Shown: positions 22,380-32,000 of the stretch, piece after piece | Layout of the letters: every line of letters begins with the position of its first letter | Position numbering within the stretch: position 1 is the stretch's first letter | NCBI RefSeq assembly: GCF_000195855.1 | Contig: NC_002677.1 | Coordinates: 2,130,001 to 2,162,000, forward strand | From: Mycobacterium leprae TN | GTDB taxonomy: Bacteria > Actinomycetota > Actinomycetes > Mycobacteriales > Mycobacteriaceae | DNA length: 32,000 nucleotides | Direction: 5' to 3' | Notes under the pieces: model-generated | What the model saw: only the letters and a program-made list of their open reading frames with translations | What the model was told of the DNA's origin: nothing | Database searches by the model: none | Program-made: the position numbers and the translations under genes

Positions 22380-22924
22380 ATGTTCGGTAGTCGTGGGGGG
22401 CAGCCCGGAATCCTGTTGACGTGTTTTGCTGTGTTGCGGGGTTTTTGTTGGTGGGTGGCTGACTGCCTGCTTTCGATGAGGCTTCGTGTGCTTTGCCGCA
22501 GTGGACACGATTAGCGCGGCGCACGTAAGCATGTCGGTGGTGGATGCTGCTTGGTCTACATGTTGATGATGCCAGGGGCTGGGCACCTGGGCTGTGCTGA
22601 AGGCGATATCGATGCAGGCGTGAGTGTGAGGATAGTTGTTAGCGCCGCGGGGTAGGGGCGTTTTAGTGTGCATGTCATGGCCTTGAGGTGTCGGCGTGGT
22701 CAATGTGGCCGCACCTGAACAGGCACGTCCCCGTGCACGGTATAACTATTCGCACCTGATGTTATCCCTTGCACCATTTCTGCCGCTGGTATCGGTGTCG
22801 GCGGCTTGTTGACCGGCCCTCAGCCAGCAAGCAGGCATGCCGCCGGGTGCAGCAGTATCGTGTTAGTGAACAGTGCATCGATGATCCGGCCGTCGGCGGC
22901 ACATACGGCAACCTTCTAGCGCAG
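22380..22924 (+). repeat. RLEP dispersed repeat, copy 2 (about 545-bp core; variable ends may extend further)
   Basis: Contains LP1 TGCATGTCATGGCCTTGAGG (22669-22688), LP2 site TTCTGCCGCTGGTATCGGTG (22778-22797), qPCR forward GCAGTATCGTGTTAGTGAA (22852-22870) and reverse site CATACGGCAACCTTCTAGCG (22902-22921). The 22380-22742 part matches copy 1. The outer edge near 22924 is inferred. Confidence 0.9.
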
Positions 22925-22959
22925 ATCAACCACCCACACCCCACCAGCCCACCACAACA

Positions 22960-24509
22960 CCACCACCCAAGGCCTCAATCACCCCAACAATGCCCCGTCC
23001 GATGCTGACTCGCACAGGTCGCTGCGGTGCTGTGGCCCGTGTGTCGAACTCATTGGCGTGGTCGGCAACATCCAATGCACATTCATAGGTCACCGCATAT
23101 TCGAACTCCGCCTGAGTCACGTCAATGCCATCGATAACCAGCTCGGTCGGCCGTGTGCAAGTCGCAGTGGCGATGACGTTGTAAGCCTCAGCCCTATAAC
23201 GTTGTGCCAGCGACCTCGACACGCCGACGCCCGGCCCCATGCTGCAGCCAACAACGCGGCCCGGGGTTGGCCAGTATTCCGATCAGCGGTAAATCGCGGG
23301 TCCGACAATTTGCGGCGGGCAGGTGCCACAGGCGGATGACGTGATCCAGCACGTCCCTTGCCGTGTAGCGATATTCGGTCAGCTTGCCGCCTATCGCGCT
23401 GATCACGTCGAAGGGCAACTCGACCACAGCGTAGTCTCGCGACACATCTGCGCTGCGGCCTTCGCAGGTGTCGATCAACGGCCGCAAACCAACGTAGGAA
23501 CCGATGACATCAGTAATCCGTAACGCCGCCCCCAACGCAGTGTTCACTGTGTCCAACAGAAACGTGATCTCCTCTAAGAAGGATTCGCAGTACATTGGGA
23601 ATCGGTCCTGGAGCCGCTTCATCGGTCAACCCAGAGAAGACTGGATTAACTGTTCGGGCATGTGAACACGAAGCGGTTGAGCCCACCAGGAATCGGAATT
23701 GTCAACGCTGCAGTCGGATTGGCGAACAATCTAGCATCAAAGATAAGGCTTGTCCCAAAGCTAGGCCGCAACTTCAGCGATGGGTTCTCGCCCGTCCACA
23801 CCCCGACAGCATTGATGACGGCAATTACCGACACCTCGAACAACTATCCGGCGAGCTAGTCAGTCAACCGCACCGAGTTTCCAGTGGCCTTTTGGATGCC
23901 GGCCACGTAGGTGAAAATTCTGGCGCCATGTTGCGCCGCGGTGCACGCGACCGCGATAACTAGCCGGGCCTCATCGAGCAATTGCCCGTCGTAGGCTAGC
24001 AATTCACCGTCAAGCCCGTCACATCGAACCGCAGGAGCCATATCCACGACACACTATGCCTAACCCTGCATAATAGCGGCAGCGTCGACGGCGGTGTGCC
24101 CGTAAGAATCCGCGACGCGTCGCCGTCGAAAAATCCAGCATGCACTAGTGCTCGCGTAGTGTGCCCCATCGACGGCAGCAACGGAATCAGCGGCAGCATC
24201 GCGTCACGAGATTAGGGGACGTTGCATGTCATGAAGATTCCGTGCTCGACGGCGCTGCGCCGGATGATTCCCACGTTGCCGGCCACCAGATGACATAGAC
24301 TCTATGATCCAGTTTAGAACTTCAATGGCTGGTGCCAAAACGCCAGAGCATGTTTTCCGCCAGCGCTACCCGAAGCCCGCGCGACGCGACATCGAGAGCA
24401 ATCCCGACGCTGGTAAGATCGTCACGGATCACGATGACGTCGGGCCGGTCGCTGTCAGCGAGTGCTTGCAGTTCGATCACGCGACGTTGAGCACCGTCAA
24501 TTTAGTCAT
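22960..24509 (-). pseudogene. glpD1: Glycerol-3-phosphate dehydrogenase GlpD1 (Rv2249c-like) pseudogene
   Basis: Reverse strand: RPDVIVIRDDLTSVGIALDVASRGLRVALAENMLWRFGTSH*SSKL; LIPLLPSMGHTTRALVHAGFFDGDA; EEITFLLDTVNTALGAALRITDVIGSYVGLRPLIDT...GRSADVSRDYAV; ISAIGGKLTEYRYTARDVLDHVI. Multiple disruptions. Confidence 0.92.
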
Positions 24510-24519
24510 CAGGACAGGT

Positions 24520-25060
24520 ACCCGTTCAGCGAGTAGATGAATTCGGCGGCCAGCGCATCGACATCAAAATCGGCCACAACCTGCTCCGACTGAATGGTCA
24601 ACTGAGCGATCAGCAACACCATCGTGGCCATCCTGTTAGGAGTCGCCGGCGCGTACGCTGCCGTGCCGCTGGGCCACCCGCAACCGTTCTGCAAGAGCGT
24701 CGATCAATATCTGCTGACTAGCCCCCAAGCTTTCGTTGATGTGGATCTGCACCAGCTCCTAGTGCATCATCAACATAACCAGTCTGTCCTGACACAGCAG
24801 ATTGGCGACTGTAACGATCCGATGCACAAGCGATTCGCGATCGTCGTCGAATAATGGCGCGTCGCGCATCACGTCGGTGATGCGCGTGGTCAGCAGCGCC
24901 ACCATAATCGACCGAGTATCAGGCAATCACCAGTATACCGTTGGCCTGCGCACACCCGCACGCCGTGCTATCCGGCAAGGACCGCCCTGTCCACGCCGAA
25001 ATCAACGACACATCTGGCCACAGTACCCGCTCCGCGGTATCCAGCGAAGCATTCTTAAAA
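24520..25060 (-). pseudogene. TetR-family regulator (Rv2250c-like) remnant
   Basis: Reverse-strand ALLTTRITDVMRDAPLFDDDRESLVHRIVTVANL and VADFDVDALAAEFIYSLNGYLS, plus synteny between glpD1 and the flavoprotein. Confidence 0.5.
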
Positions 25061-25122
25061 TTGATAGCATATGTAAAATGCAATAACACGTGATCCATGT
25101 TGAGCAACTCACTTTTCCGCCG

Positions 25123-26724
25123 ATGAAATGGAACGCATGAGGAGATCCGGCCACAACCAAACCACTTGCCGAGGGGAATCCGGTCTTTGCTGAAGCAAAC
25201 CTTGAACCTAGCGGAACGAGAAGAGACTGAGCTCGAGCCCGACAAGGTGAAGCTACGCCTAGCCGCATTATCGAAATGCAGATCACGATGCGCTAGTCAG
25301 GATCATGGGCGTCGATTGCTGCCGCACTTCCGATGCGTGACAGGTTGTTGGACACCGACGGTAAGTCCACCCCGGACATGTTGCGGCGAAAGGACACCGG
25401 AGTCCAAGATGCATCCGACGCGGTGTTGCTGCCCAGCAGCCCCAGAGGTGAAGACACCGTCACCGTCATTTTGGATTACTGTTCTAAGCACGGCATCGCA
25501 GTCATCCCGTGCGGAGGTGGCACCAACATCGTCGGTGAGCTCAACTCATCCCACGTCACGTTCGATGCCGTAGTTTCCCTGGGTTTGCGGCGTTTCAATC
25601 AGCTGCTCGCCCTAGATGAGGTATAAGGCACAGCCAAGTTATGCACCGATGTCATTGGACCGGAAGCCGCATCAGCTTGACGAACACAGTTTCTCGCTCG
25701 GACACATCCCACAAAACTTTGAATTCGCCACTATCAGAGGCTTCGCGGCGACCCGGTCGTCCCGCCAGGACTCGACTGGCTACGACCGGTTCAACGACAT
25801 GATTCTTGGGTTACGGATAATCACCCGGTTGGCACGCTGGTGCTGGGCGGCGCGCCCACCTCGGCCGCGAGTCCGGATCTGCGGCAACTAATGCCATAGG
25901 CTCCAAGGGCACCCTTAGACGTCATAGCCCAGGTATGGTGGTGCATGCATCGCACGCCGCAGGGCGTCCATTACGAAGCATGGTCGTTCTCCAATTTCAA
26001 GACCGGGGTTACCGCGCTGCGGACGGTCCTTGACAATGGCCACCGTTACCATCGTTATTCGGCTCTCTGAGGAGGCCAAGACAAGGGCCAATCTCGTCAC
26101 CAACAAGTCAATCGGCGAAAACCAAATCACTAACAACTGCTTGGTCATCACCGTGTTCGAAGGCATCAAGGAACGCGTCGAGAGCCAGCAGACCAAAAGC
26201 AGTGCGCTGCTGGCCGGCCCAGAGCGGCACATCGTTGAGAGAGGGGCTGGCACAGAACTGAGAAAGCGGCCGATTCGCCGTGCCATACCTGCACCTGCGC
26301 TACACTCTGCTAGCCGCAAGAGTGCTCTGCGAGCCGCTCGAGAACGCCACCGTATGGTCCAACATGCCCGCGCTTAAGGCCACAGTCACCGACGCGCTGA
26401 CCACCTCGTTAACCACACCGGGAGCAACGGCTCTGGTGATGTGTCACGTGTCGCACGTCTACCCCAGCGGTGATTAACTGTACTGCACAGTCGTCGCCAA
26501 GCAGCGGAACAATCCGATCTAGCAGTGGCGGACCTCCAAGAAGACCGCTTTGGATGCGATCCGGCCTCCGGAGGAGGCATAACCCACCACCGTGCGGTCC
26601 GCACCGACCACCGACCCTGGATGCACGATAGGGGGTCGGCTATATGAGTGTACAGGTGTTGCGTGCGGTCAAGATGGCGTTGGATCCGGACGAAATTCTC
26701 AATACCGGCAAACTGATTCTGTGA
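25123..26724 (+). pseudogene. FAD-linked oxidoreductase, alkyl-DHAP synthase-like (Rv2251-like) pseudogene
   Basis: MKWNA* (TGA where Trp expected) at the start; IRSLLKQTLNLAE; YCSKHGIAVIPCGGGTNIVGELN; YLHLRYTLLAARVLCEPLENATVWSNMPALKATVTDALTTSL...TALVMCHVSHVYPSG; LDPDEILNTGKLIL*. Confidence 0.88.
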
Positions 26725-27680
26725 CCCAATTACGCCAGCGCGAAATCGCCCATGTGACCGTGCTGACCAGTCCCCTGTCGAGGCATGGCAGTGCAATAGA
26801 AGCGGCACGACGCGCGATCACCCGGCTGCAGTAGCACGACTTAGAAGTCGTGGAAATCATCGGTGATGATGCTGAAGATGCACAGTATCTCGTCTACGCG
26901 GCACTCGAGAAGGGCACCGAAGCAATCATAGTGACGGGCGGTGACGGCTTCATCTCCAACACACTGCAGGTCCTGGCAGGCAACGACATTCCGCTGGGAA
27001 TCATCCCAGCTGTAACCGGTAACTATCATGCTCGTTAATCCGGAATTTCCACAAAGGATCCCGAAACTGCTGCCAACATCATCGTTGCCGGCTGGACAGA
27101 AACCGTTGACTTGGTTAGGATTTTAGTGTCGCCAGGTACGCAAAAAGTGGGTCAAGTGGTTCGGCAGTGTAGTGGTAACTGGATTCAATTCCCTAGTGAC
27201 CGATCGCTCCAACTGAATACGCTAGCCACACGGACGATTGCGCTGCTATCTGGTGATAGCAGCCGAACTGTCGTAGCTGCGACTCTATGCGTTATCGGTC
27301 GATCCTCGACGAAACCAGGAGCCAGGGAAGTCGAGTGCGATATCGTGTTCGCGGCCTTCGGCAATACCCTCAGTTATGGCGGGGGGACTGCTGATCTGTC
27401 CCAACGCCGATCACAGCGACGGCCTGCTCGACATCACCATGGTGAAAGAAGCATCCCGGACCAAGCTGATCCGCTTATCCCCCATTGTAATAAAAGTAAT
27501 AAAAGGCATCCATATTACCTCGATGGGGTCAGCACGGAACGTGCCAAGTCAATCCACGTTAAGTGCCCCGGAATCCACGCCTATGCCGACGGCGATTTCG
27601 CGTGCCTGCTCCCCGCCGAAATCTCCGTGGTCGCCGGTGCTCTGCAAATTTTTCGTCCACACCAACCACCCGTTATCCGA
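26721..27680 (+). pseudogene. dagK: Diacylglycerol kinase (Rv2252-like) pseudogene
   Basis: VTQLRQREIAHVTVLTSPLSRHGSAIEAARRAITRLQ*; VEIIGDDAEDAQYLVYAALEKGTEAIIVTGGDGFISNTLQVLAGNDIPLGIIPA; SYGGGLLICPNADHSDGLLDITMVKEASRTKLIRL; ECPGIHAYADGDFA-like piece, in different frames. Confidence 0.9.
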
Positions 27681-28185
27681 CCCCACGGCTGAGCCAGGTC
27701 ACCTCACCGACGTCACCGCCGTCACGATACACTTCGAGCGCGTCGTCCCACGCCGTTCCCAGTACCGAATCCAGTTCGGCGGCAAGTGTGTCGGCACCGT
27801 GAGCCATCATCGCCCGCAGTCGCATCTCCCCGACCATGATGTCACCGTTGGCACTCATCGACCCGCTCCACAACCCTAGCTGCGGTGTGTGACTGAACCG
27901 CTGACCGTCGACTCCGGGGCTGGGATCCTCGGTGACCTCGAACCGCAACACCGACCACGAACGCAACGCGTTGGCCAACCTGGCGCCGGTACCCACCGGT
28001 CCGGTCCAGTTGGTGACCGCACGCAGCTGCCCCGGCATCGCCGGCTGCGGTGTCCACACCAAGTTCGCCTTAGTCTGCAGGGTCGACGACAATGCCCACT
28101 CGACATGCGGGCATACTGCCGCGGGTGAGGCGTGGACATACACCACACCCGCCGTGGCGTCAGCGAATTGATTCGACGCACGCAT
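27673..28185 (-). CDS. DUF3145 domain-containing protein (Rv2256c-like)
   Basis: Intact 170-aa ORF MRASNQFADATAGVVYVHASPAAVCPHVEWALSSTLQTKANLVWTPQPAMPGQLRAVTNWTGPVGTGARLANALRSWSVLRFEVTEDPS... Confidence 0.93.
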   Translation of the reverse strand: MRASNQFADATAGVVYVHASPAAVCPHVEWALSSTLQTKANLVWTPQPAMPGQLRAVTNWTGPVGTGARLANALRSWSVLRFEVTEDPSPGVDGQRFSHTPQLGLWSGSMSANGDIMVGEMRLRAMMAHGADTLAAELDSVLGTAWDDALEVYRDGGDVGEVTWLSRGVG

Positions 28186-28323
28186 CTGCTACTCCTTCGG
28201 TTCCACGAGGGACGTCTTCCCCAACGACCTGGTGAACCCGAAGAACAAGATACTTGCCGGTATTTGTGTGTCTTGCGTGCCTATTGTGCCTTGTGAGACC
28301 CGTGTTGCGCTAGTCTGCAATCT

Positions 28324-29145
28324 CTATCGGGCGTACTCGGATATTACGGCGTCGGAAATCGCCGGCCACAGCTGCAGTGCCCACTCACCGAAATCGCGGT
28401 CCGTGAGGACCACCAATGCTAGCTCCGCCTCCGGATCTGCCCAGATAAAACCGCCTGATTGACCGAAATGGCCGTATGTTCGGGCGGAGTTGAGGGTGCC
28501 GGTCCAATGCGGTAATTTTGAATTCTTGATCTCATAGCCTAGTCCCCAATCGTTGGGACGCTGCACACCGTGCCCGGGCAGGACGCCATCCAAGTCGGGG
28601 AATTGCACAGACGTGGCTTCCGCGTGAATTTGCGCCGAGACCGTCGCAGGACGCAGCAAGTCATTAGCGAATGCGGCCAGATCGGCCACGGTCGAGGTGG
28701 CCCCAAACCCGGCAGCCCACGTACCATCCTCTAGCTTGGTGGCTGTCATCGCCAGTGGCTCCAACACCGCCTCGGTGAGGTAACGGCTGAATCCAATCCC
28801 CGCCTCCCGCTGCACAGTCTCGGCCAGCACCCTAAAGCCGTAATTCGAATAAATCCGACGGGTGCCGGGCGGAGCCATCACGTACTTGGAGTGCATCGCC
28901 AAGCCTGATGCATGCGCCAGTAGATGGCGGATCGTGGAGCCAGGCGGACCGGCCACGGTATCGAGGTCGACAACCCCTTCCTCGATGGCGATTTGCACGG
29001 CGCGGGCCACCAGTGGTTTGGTGACTGAGGCCAGCGGGAACACCTGCTCGGTGTCGCCGCGAGCGGCTAACACGCCGGTGGGTCCGACCACCGCGGCAGC
29101 GGTAGTCGGAACCGGCCAGTCATCAAGTGCGTCCAGAGCTACCAT
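28324..29145 (-). CDS. Serine beta-lactamase/PBP-like family protein (Rv2257c-like)
   Basis: From ATG 29145: MVALDALDDWPVPTTAAAVVGPTGVLAARGDTEQVFPLASVTKPLVARAVQ... contains SxxK (SVTK), YSNYGF (YxN) and later GHFGQSGG. 273 aa. The listed 334-aa ORF includes 61 upstream codons from the adjacent pseudogene. Confidence 0.92.
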   Translation of the reverse strand: MVALDALDDWPVPTTAAAVVGPTGVLAARGDTEQVFPLASVTKPLVARAVQIAIEEGVVDLDTVAGPPGSTIRHLLAHASGLAMHSKYVMAPPGTRRIYSNYGFRVLAETVQREAGIGFSRYLTEAVLEPLAMTATKLEDGTWAAGFGATSTVADLAAFANDLLRPATVSAQIHAEATSVQFPDLDGVLPGHGVQRPNDWGLGYEIKNSKLPHWTGTLNSARTYGHFGQSGGFIWADPEAELALVVLTDRDFGEWALQLWPAISDAVISEYAR

Positions 29146-29159
29146 TAAGTTAGGCGGGG

Positions 29160-30241
29160 TAACTTTGTGGCGATGTAAATGTATGTAGTTGTTGATCGGG
29201 TCGGACTCGATATCGACCACCCGCACGTCGTCCAATCCCGCGTCGCCGAACATCGTGGTGGCCAGCCACCTTCCCCACACCGCATCCAATCCGGGGCACC
29301 CTGTAGCGCCAAGGACACCGTCATGCAATGCATCAGCGAGGCCGTATACAGATAAATGCTCATCAGGACATCGACATTGTCTTCGAGCTGGCTTGACACC
29401 TTGATGCTGGCCATTAGGAGCACATCGCCGGGTCGCAGGGCTTGATAAATATTTTCCAGCACCCGCACCGGCTGTGCATGATCGTGACTAGCGTCAAAAA
29501 CGGTGATGACGTCATAGGCGGCAGCCTTATCTAACCGGGCCAGATTGTGGCTCTCAAAGGTCACTGTTCCTAGACCGAGTCGATCCTCCTCCGCGGTGTG
29601 GATCGCAACGGCCTCATTGGAAAAATCGATGCCGATGAACCAGCTCGCGGGAAAAGCTCGTACCAACACATTGACCACATGACCACTGCCGCAATCGAAA
29701 TCGGCGACGCCGGCTCCAGACCGCAAGCGTTCCGGAAGGCCGTTGGCCAACGGTAGCACCACATCGACAAACGCTGCATCAAACATCGCACCGCTCATCT
29801 CAGCCATCAACGAGTAGAAGCGCGGAAACTCGCTGTAGGGCCCGCCAACGTCGTCGCAGAAACCCCCGATGAATTGCTGTTCAAACCCGCTGAACAGCGG
29901 AATGAACTGAGCCACCGAGGCGAGATTGTTTGTCCCGGTCGCCCACACCAGCACGGCCACGCGGTGTACTGATAACGAGTAAGTCCCGGTCTCGGCGTAG
30001 TAGTCGACGACATGCCCTGTGGTCATGTCACCCAACCACTCCCGGACGTAGCGCTCGTTGAGCCCGGCGACGTACGCGATCTGGGTGCTGGTGACGAGCG
30101 AAAGCCCGACCATCGTTTCCAGCAAAGCGGTTTTAATGTCCGACGCTCATGAACAGTGCCAGTCTGGCGTTGTTCATGAGCGTCGGACATCCTCTCGATG
30201 AATGCTTCGGTGGTTGCGAAGCCGGTCTCGGGCGCCGTCAT
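29160..30241 (-). pseudogene. SAM-dependent methyltransferase with N-terminal winged-helix-like domain (Rv2258c-like), frameshifted
   Basis: Pieces [18 protein letters not shown] (start 30241) / [16 protein letters not shown] / [33 protein letters not shown]... / [37 protein letters not shown] require changes of frame. Confidence 0.85.
30136..30190. repeat. 55-nt near-perfect palindrome with two perfect 20-bp outer arms
   Basis: ATGTCCGACGCTCATGAACA - GTGCCAGTCTGGCGT - TGTTCATGAGCGTCGGACAT. The spacer itself contains GCCAG-T-CTGGC. Confidence 0.97.
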
Positions 30242-30274
30242 ACTAAGCAACGCTACAACCGTAGGTTGGACACC

Positions 30275-31360
30275 ATGAGTCAAACAGTACGCGGAGTAAT
30301 CTCGCGCAAGAAGGACGAACCCGTGGAACTGGTGGACATCGTCATCCCAGATCCCGGGCCGGGGGAGGCCGTGGTCGACGTCACCGCGTGCGGAGTGTGC
30401 CACACTGACCTGACCTACCGCGAAGGCGGCATCAATGACAGGTATCCGTTCCTGCTCGGCCACGAAGCAGCCGGCACGGTCGAGGTCGTCGGGCCGGGCG
30501 TGACCGCGGTCGAACCGGGCGACTTCGTAATCCTGAACTGGCGAGCCGTGTGCGGGCAGTGCCGGGCCTGCAAACGCGGCAGGCCAAGCTACTGTTTCGA
30601 CACATTCAACGCCCAACAGAAAATGACACTGATCGACGGCACCGAACTTACCCCGGCGCTGGGCATCGGAGCCTTCGCCGACAAGACGCTAGTGCACTCT
30701 GGTCAATGCACCAAAGTCGATCCCGCTGCCGATCCAGCGGTCGCCGGCCTGCTGGGCTGCGGGGTGATGGCCGGGTTAGGCGCCGCAATCAATACCGCCG
30801 CAGTGAGCCGCGACGACACCGTCGCGGTGATCGGCTGTGGCGGTGTGGGTGATGCCGCAATCTCCGGGGCCGCGCTGGTCGGTGCCAACCGGATCATCGC
30901 GGTCGACATCGATGACACGAAACTGGAGTGGGCACGCACGTTCGGTGCCACCCACACCGTTAACGCCCTTGAACTCGAAGTCGTCAAAACCATCCAGGAT
31001 CTCACCAGTGGCTTCGGCGTCGACGTGGTAATCGACACGGTCGGCCGACCCGAAACCTGGAAGCAGGCCTTCTACGCCCGCGATCTCGCCGGAACCGTTG
31101 TACTGGTGGGTGTACCGACACCCGACATGCGCCTGGACATGCCGCTGCTAGACTTCTTCTCTCATGGCGGCTCGCTTAAGTCATCGTGGTACGGTGATTG
31201 CCTACCTGAACGCGATTTCCCCACCCTTGTTGACCTCTATCTGCAGGGACGCCTTCCATTGGGCAAGTTCGTCTCCGAGCGCATTGGGCTGGGCGACGTC
31301 GAAGAAGCATTCCACAAGATACACGGTGGTAAAGTGCTGCGCTCGGTGGTTATGCTGTGA
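30275..31360 (+). CDS. mscR: S-nitrosomycothiol reductase / mycothiol-dependent formaldehyde dehydrogenase (Rv2259-like zinc alcohol dehydrogenase)
   Basis: 361 aa from [52 protein letters not shown]...GHEAAG...[15 protein letters not shown]...[11 protein letters not shown]...[11 protein letters not shown]. Zn-ADH motifs intact. Confidence 0.96.
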   Translation: MSQTVRGVISRKKDEPVELVDIVIPDPGPGEAVVDVTACGVCHTDLTYREGGINDRYPFLLGHEAAGTVEVVGPGVTAVEPGDFVILNWRAVCGQCRACKRGRPSYCFDTFNAQQKMTLIDGTELTPALGIGAFADKTLVHSGQCTKVDPAADPAVAGLLGCGVMAGLGAAINTAAVSRDDTVAVIGCGGVGDAAISGAALVGANRIIAVDIDDTKLEWARTFGATHTVNALELEVVKTIQDLTSGFGVDVVIDTVGRPETWKQAFYARDLAGTVVLVGVPTPDMRLDMPLLDFFSHGGSLKSSWYGDCLPERDFPTLVDLYLQGRLPLGKFVSERIGLGDVEEAFHKIHGGKVLRSVVML

Positions 31361-31379
31361 TTGAATGGGTAGTCCCCCA

Positions 31380-31750
31380 AAGAACCTTCGAACTCGACAG
31401 TAGCAGTTAGGAAATCGATAACAACATCTGGATAGTCGGTGACGACACCGAGGTCGTGATTTTCAATGCCACCCCCCATTAAGCAGCACCGATCGTAGCG
31501 ACAATCGATGGCCGCACAACGTAGTGGCAGTGGTGTGCACCCACGGCCACAACGATCACATCACAGCGGCTCCCGAGCTTGGACTCGATGTTGAAGTGTT
31601 TTATAGGACACCTGCATCTTTCGGGCCGGTCGGGATAGGTTTTGGGCCAACACCCCCACAATTTGTTCGGGACTGTACTTCTTGGCCAGCACACATGTCT
31701 ATCTCCGTACGCAGCTGCCCACAACGCTCACCTTGCCGGCCTTTAAAGCC
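31380..31750 (+). pseudogene. Metallo-beta-lactamase-fold hydrolase remnant (Rv2260-like)
   Basis: AVVCTHGHNDHITAAPELGLD contains the MBL HxHxDH-type motif HGHNDH directly downstream of mscR; the remainder is degraded. Confidence 0.6.
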
Positions 31751-32000
31751 ACTGGGCCCACTGCTCACTGCATAGCTAAGCAATACAAGCTCAGTAACCC
31801 GATTGAGCGTCTTAGCCAGCATAGTTGGTGTCGAATCAGTGCAACCCCCAAAGCAACCCGCAAACACGCGGGCCCCACCCTTGCTGGTGATCTCACGCAC
31901 GATCCCCACCCCCACCCAACCCAAACGAACGGTTAACGATCGATCACATCAACTCACAACACTGCAACACACCGCCACCCTTTACTCCACCCCCACAACA

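Noticed and set aside
30023-30616. 197-aa minus-strand ORF antisense to mscR
   Set aside because: Mostly antisense to the conserved mscR coding sequence. Only its internal part [18 protein letters not shown] looks like the real N-terminus of the Rv2258c-like pseudogene.
31601-31936. Overlapping ORFs 31601-31924 (-) and 31682-31936 (+) as genes
   Set aside because: Mutually antisense, with no domain I recognise. Left unannotated apart from the upstream MBL-fold remnant.
1-32000. CRISPR array, prophage, toxin-antitoxin, defence island or biosynthetic cluster
   Set aside because: No regularly spaced short repeats, Cas, phage structural, TA or defence genes, or multi-gene biosynthetic set were recognisable. 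The content is explained by decayed conserved mycobacterial genes.

Overview
This window is almost certainly Mycobacterium leprae chromosome, or an extremely close relative. It contains the published RLEP diagnostic PCR sites exactly: LP1 at 22669-22688 and LP2 at 22778-22797 give the known 129-bp product, and the RLEP qPCR primer sites lie at 22852-22870 and 22902-22921. The region is dominated by gene decay. Genes that look intact are a sdaA-like L-serine dehydratase running off the left edge (missing from the ORF track), mmr, the sugar-transport genes uspA/uspB/uspC, a DUF3145 protein, a serine beta-lactamase-like protein and the mycothiol-dependent reductase mscR. There are two tRNAs, Ala-GGC and Met-CAT. 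Recognisable pseudogenes include pgmA, an Rv2690c-type permease, a K+ channel with RCK domains, TldD/PmbA-type proteases, a universal stress protein, rocE, rocD, a dimethylargininase, an AsnC/Lrp regulator, glpD1, a TetR regulator, an AGPS-like flavoprotein, dagK, an Rv2258c methyltransferase and an MBL-fold hydrolase. Two RLEP copies in opposite orientation share a 363-bp segment that appears identical, and both sit where gene order switches between M. tuberculosis-like blocks. I found no CRISPR array, phage, or clearly new defence or biosynthetic system. The most notable unexplained signals are two long perfect palindromes inside decayed genes, one just upstream of mscR, the apparent loss of the UspC lipobox cysteine, and two identical C5-to-C4 frameshift contexts.
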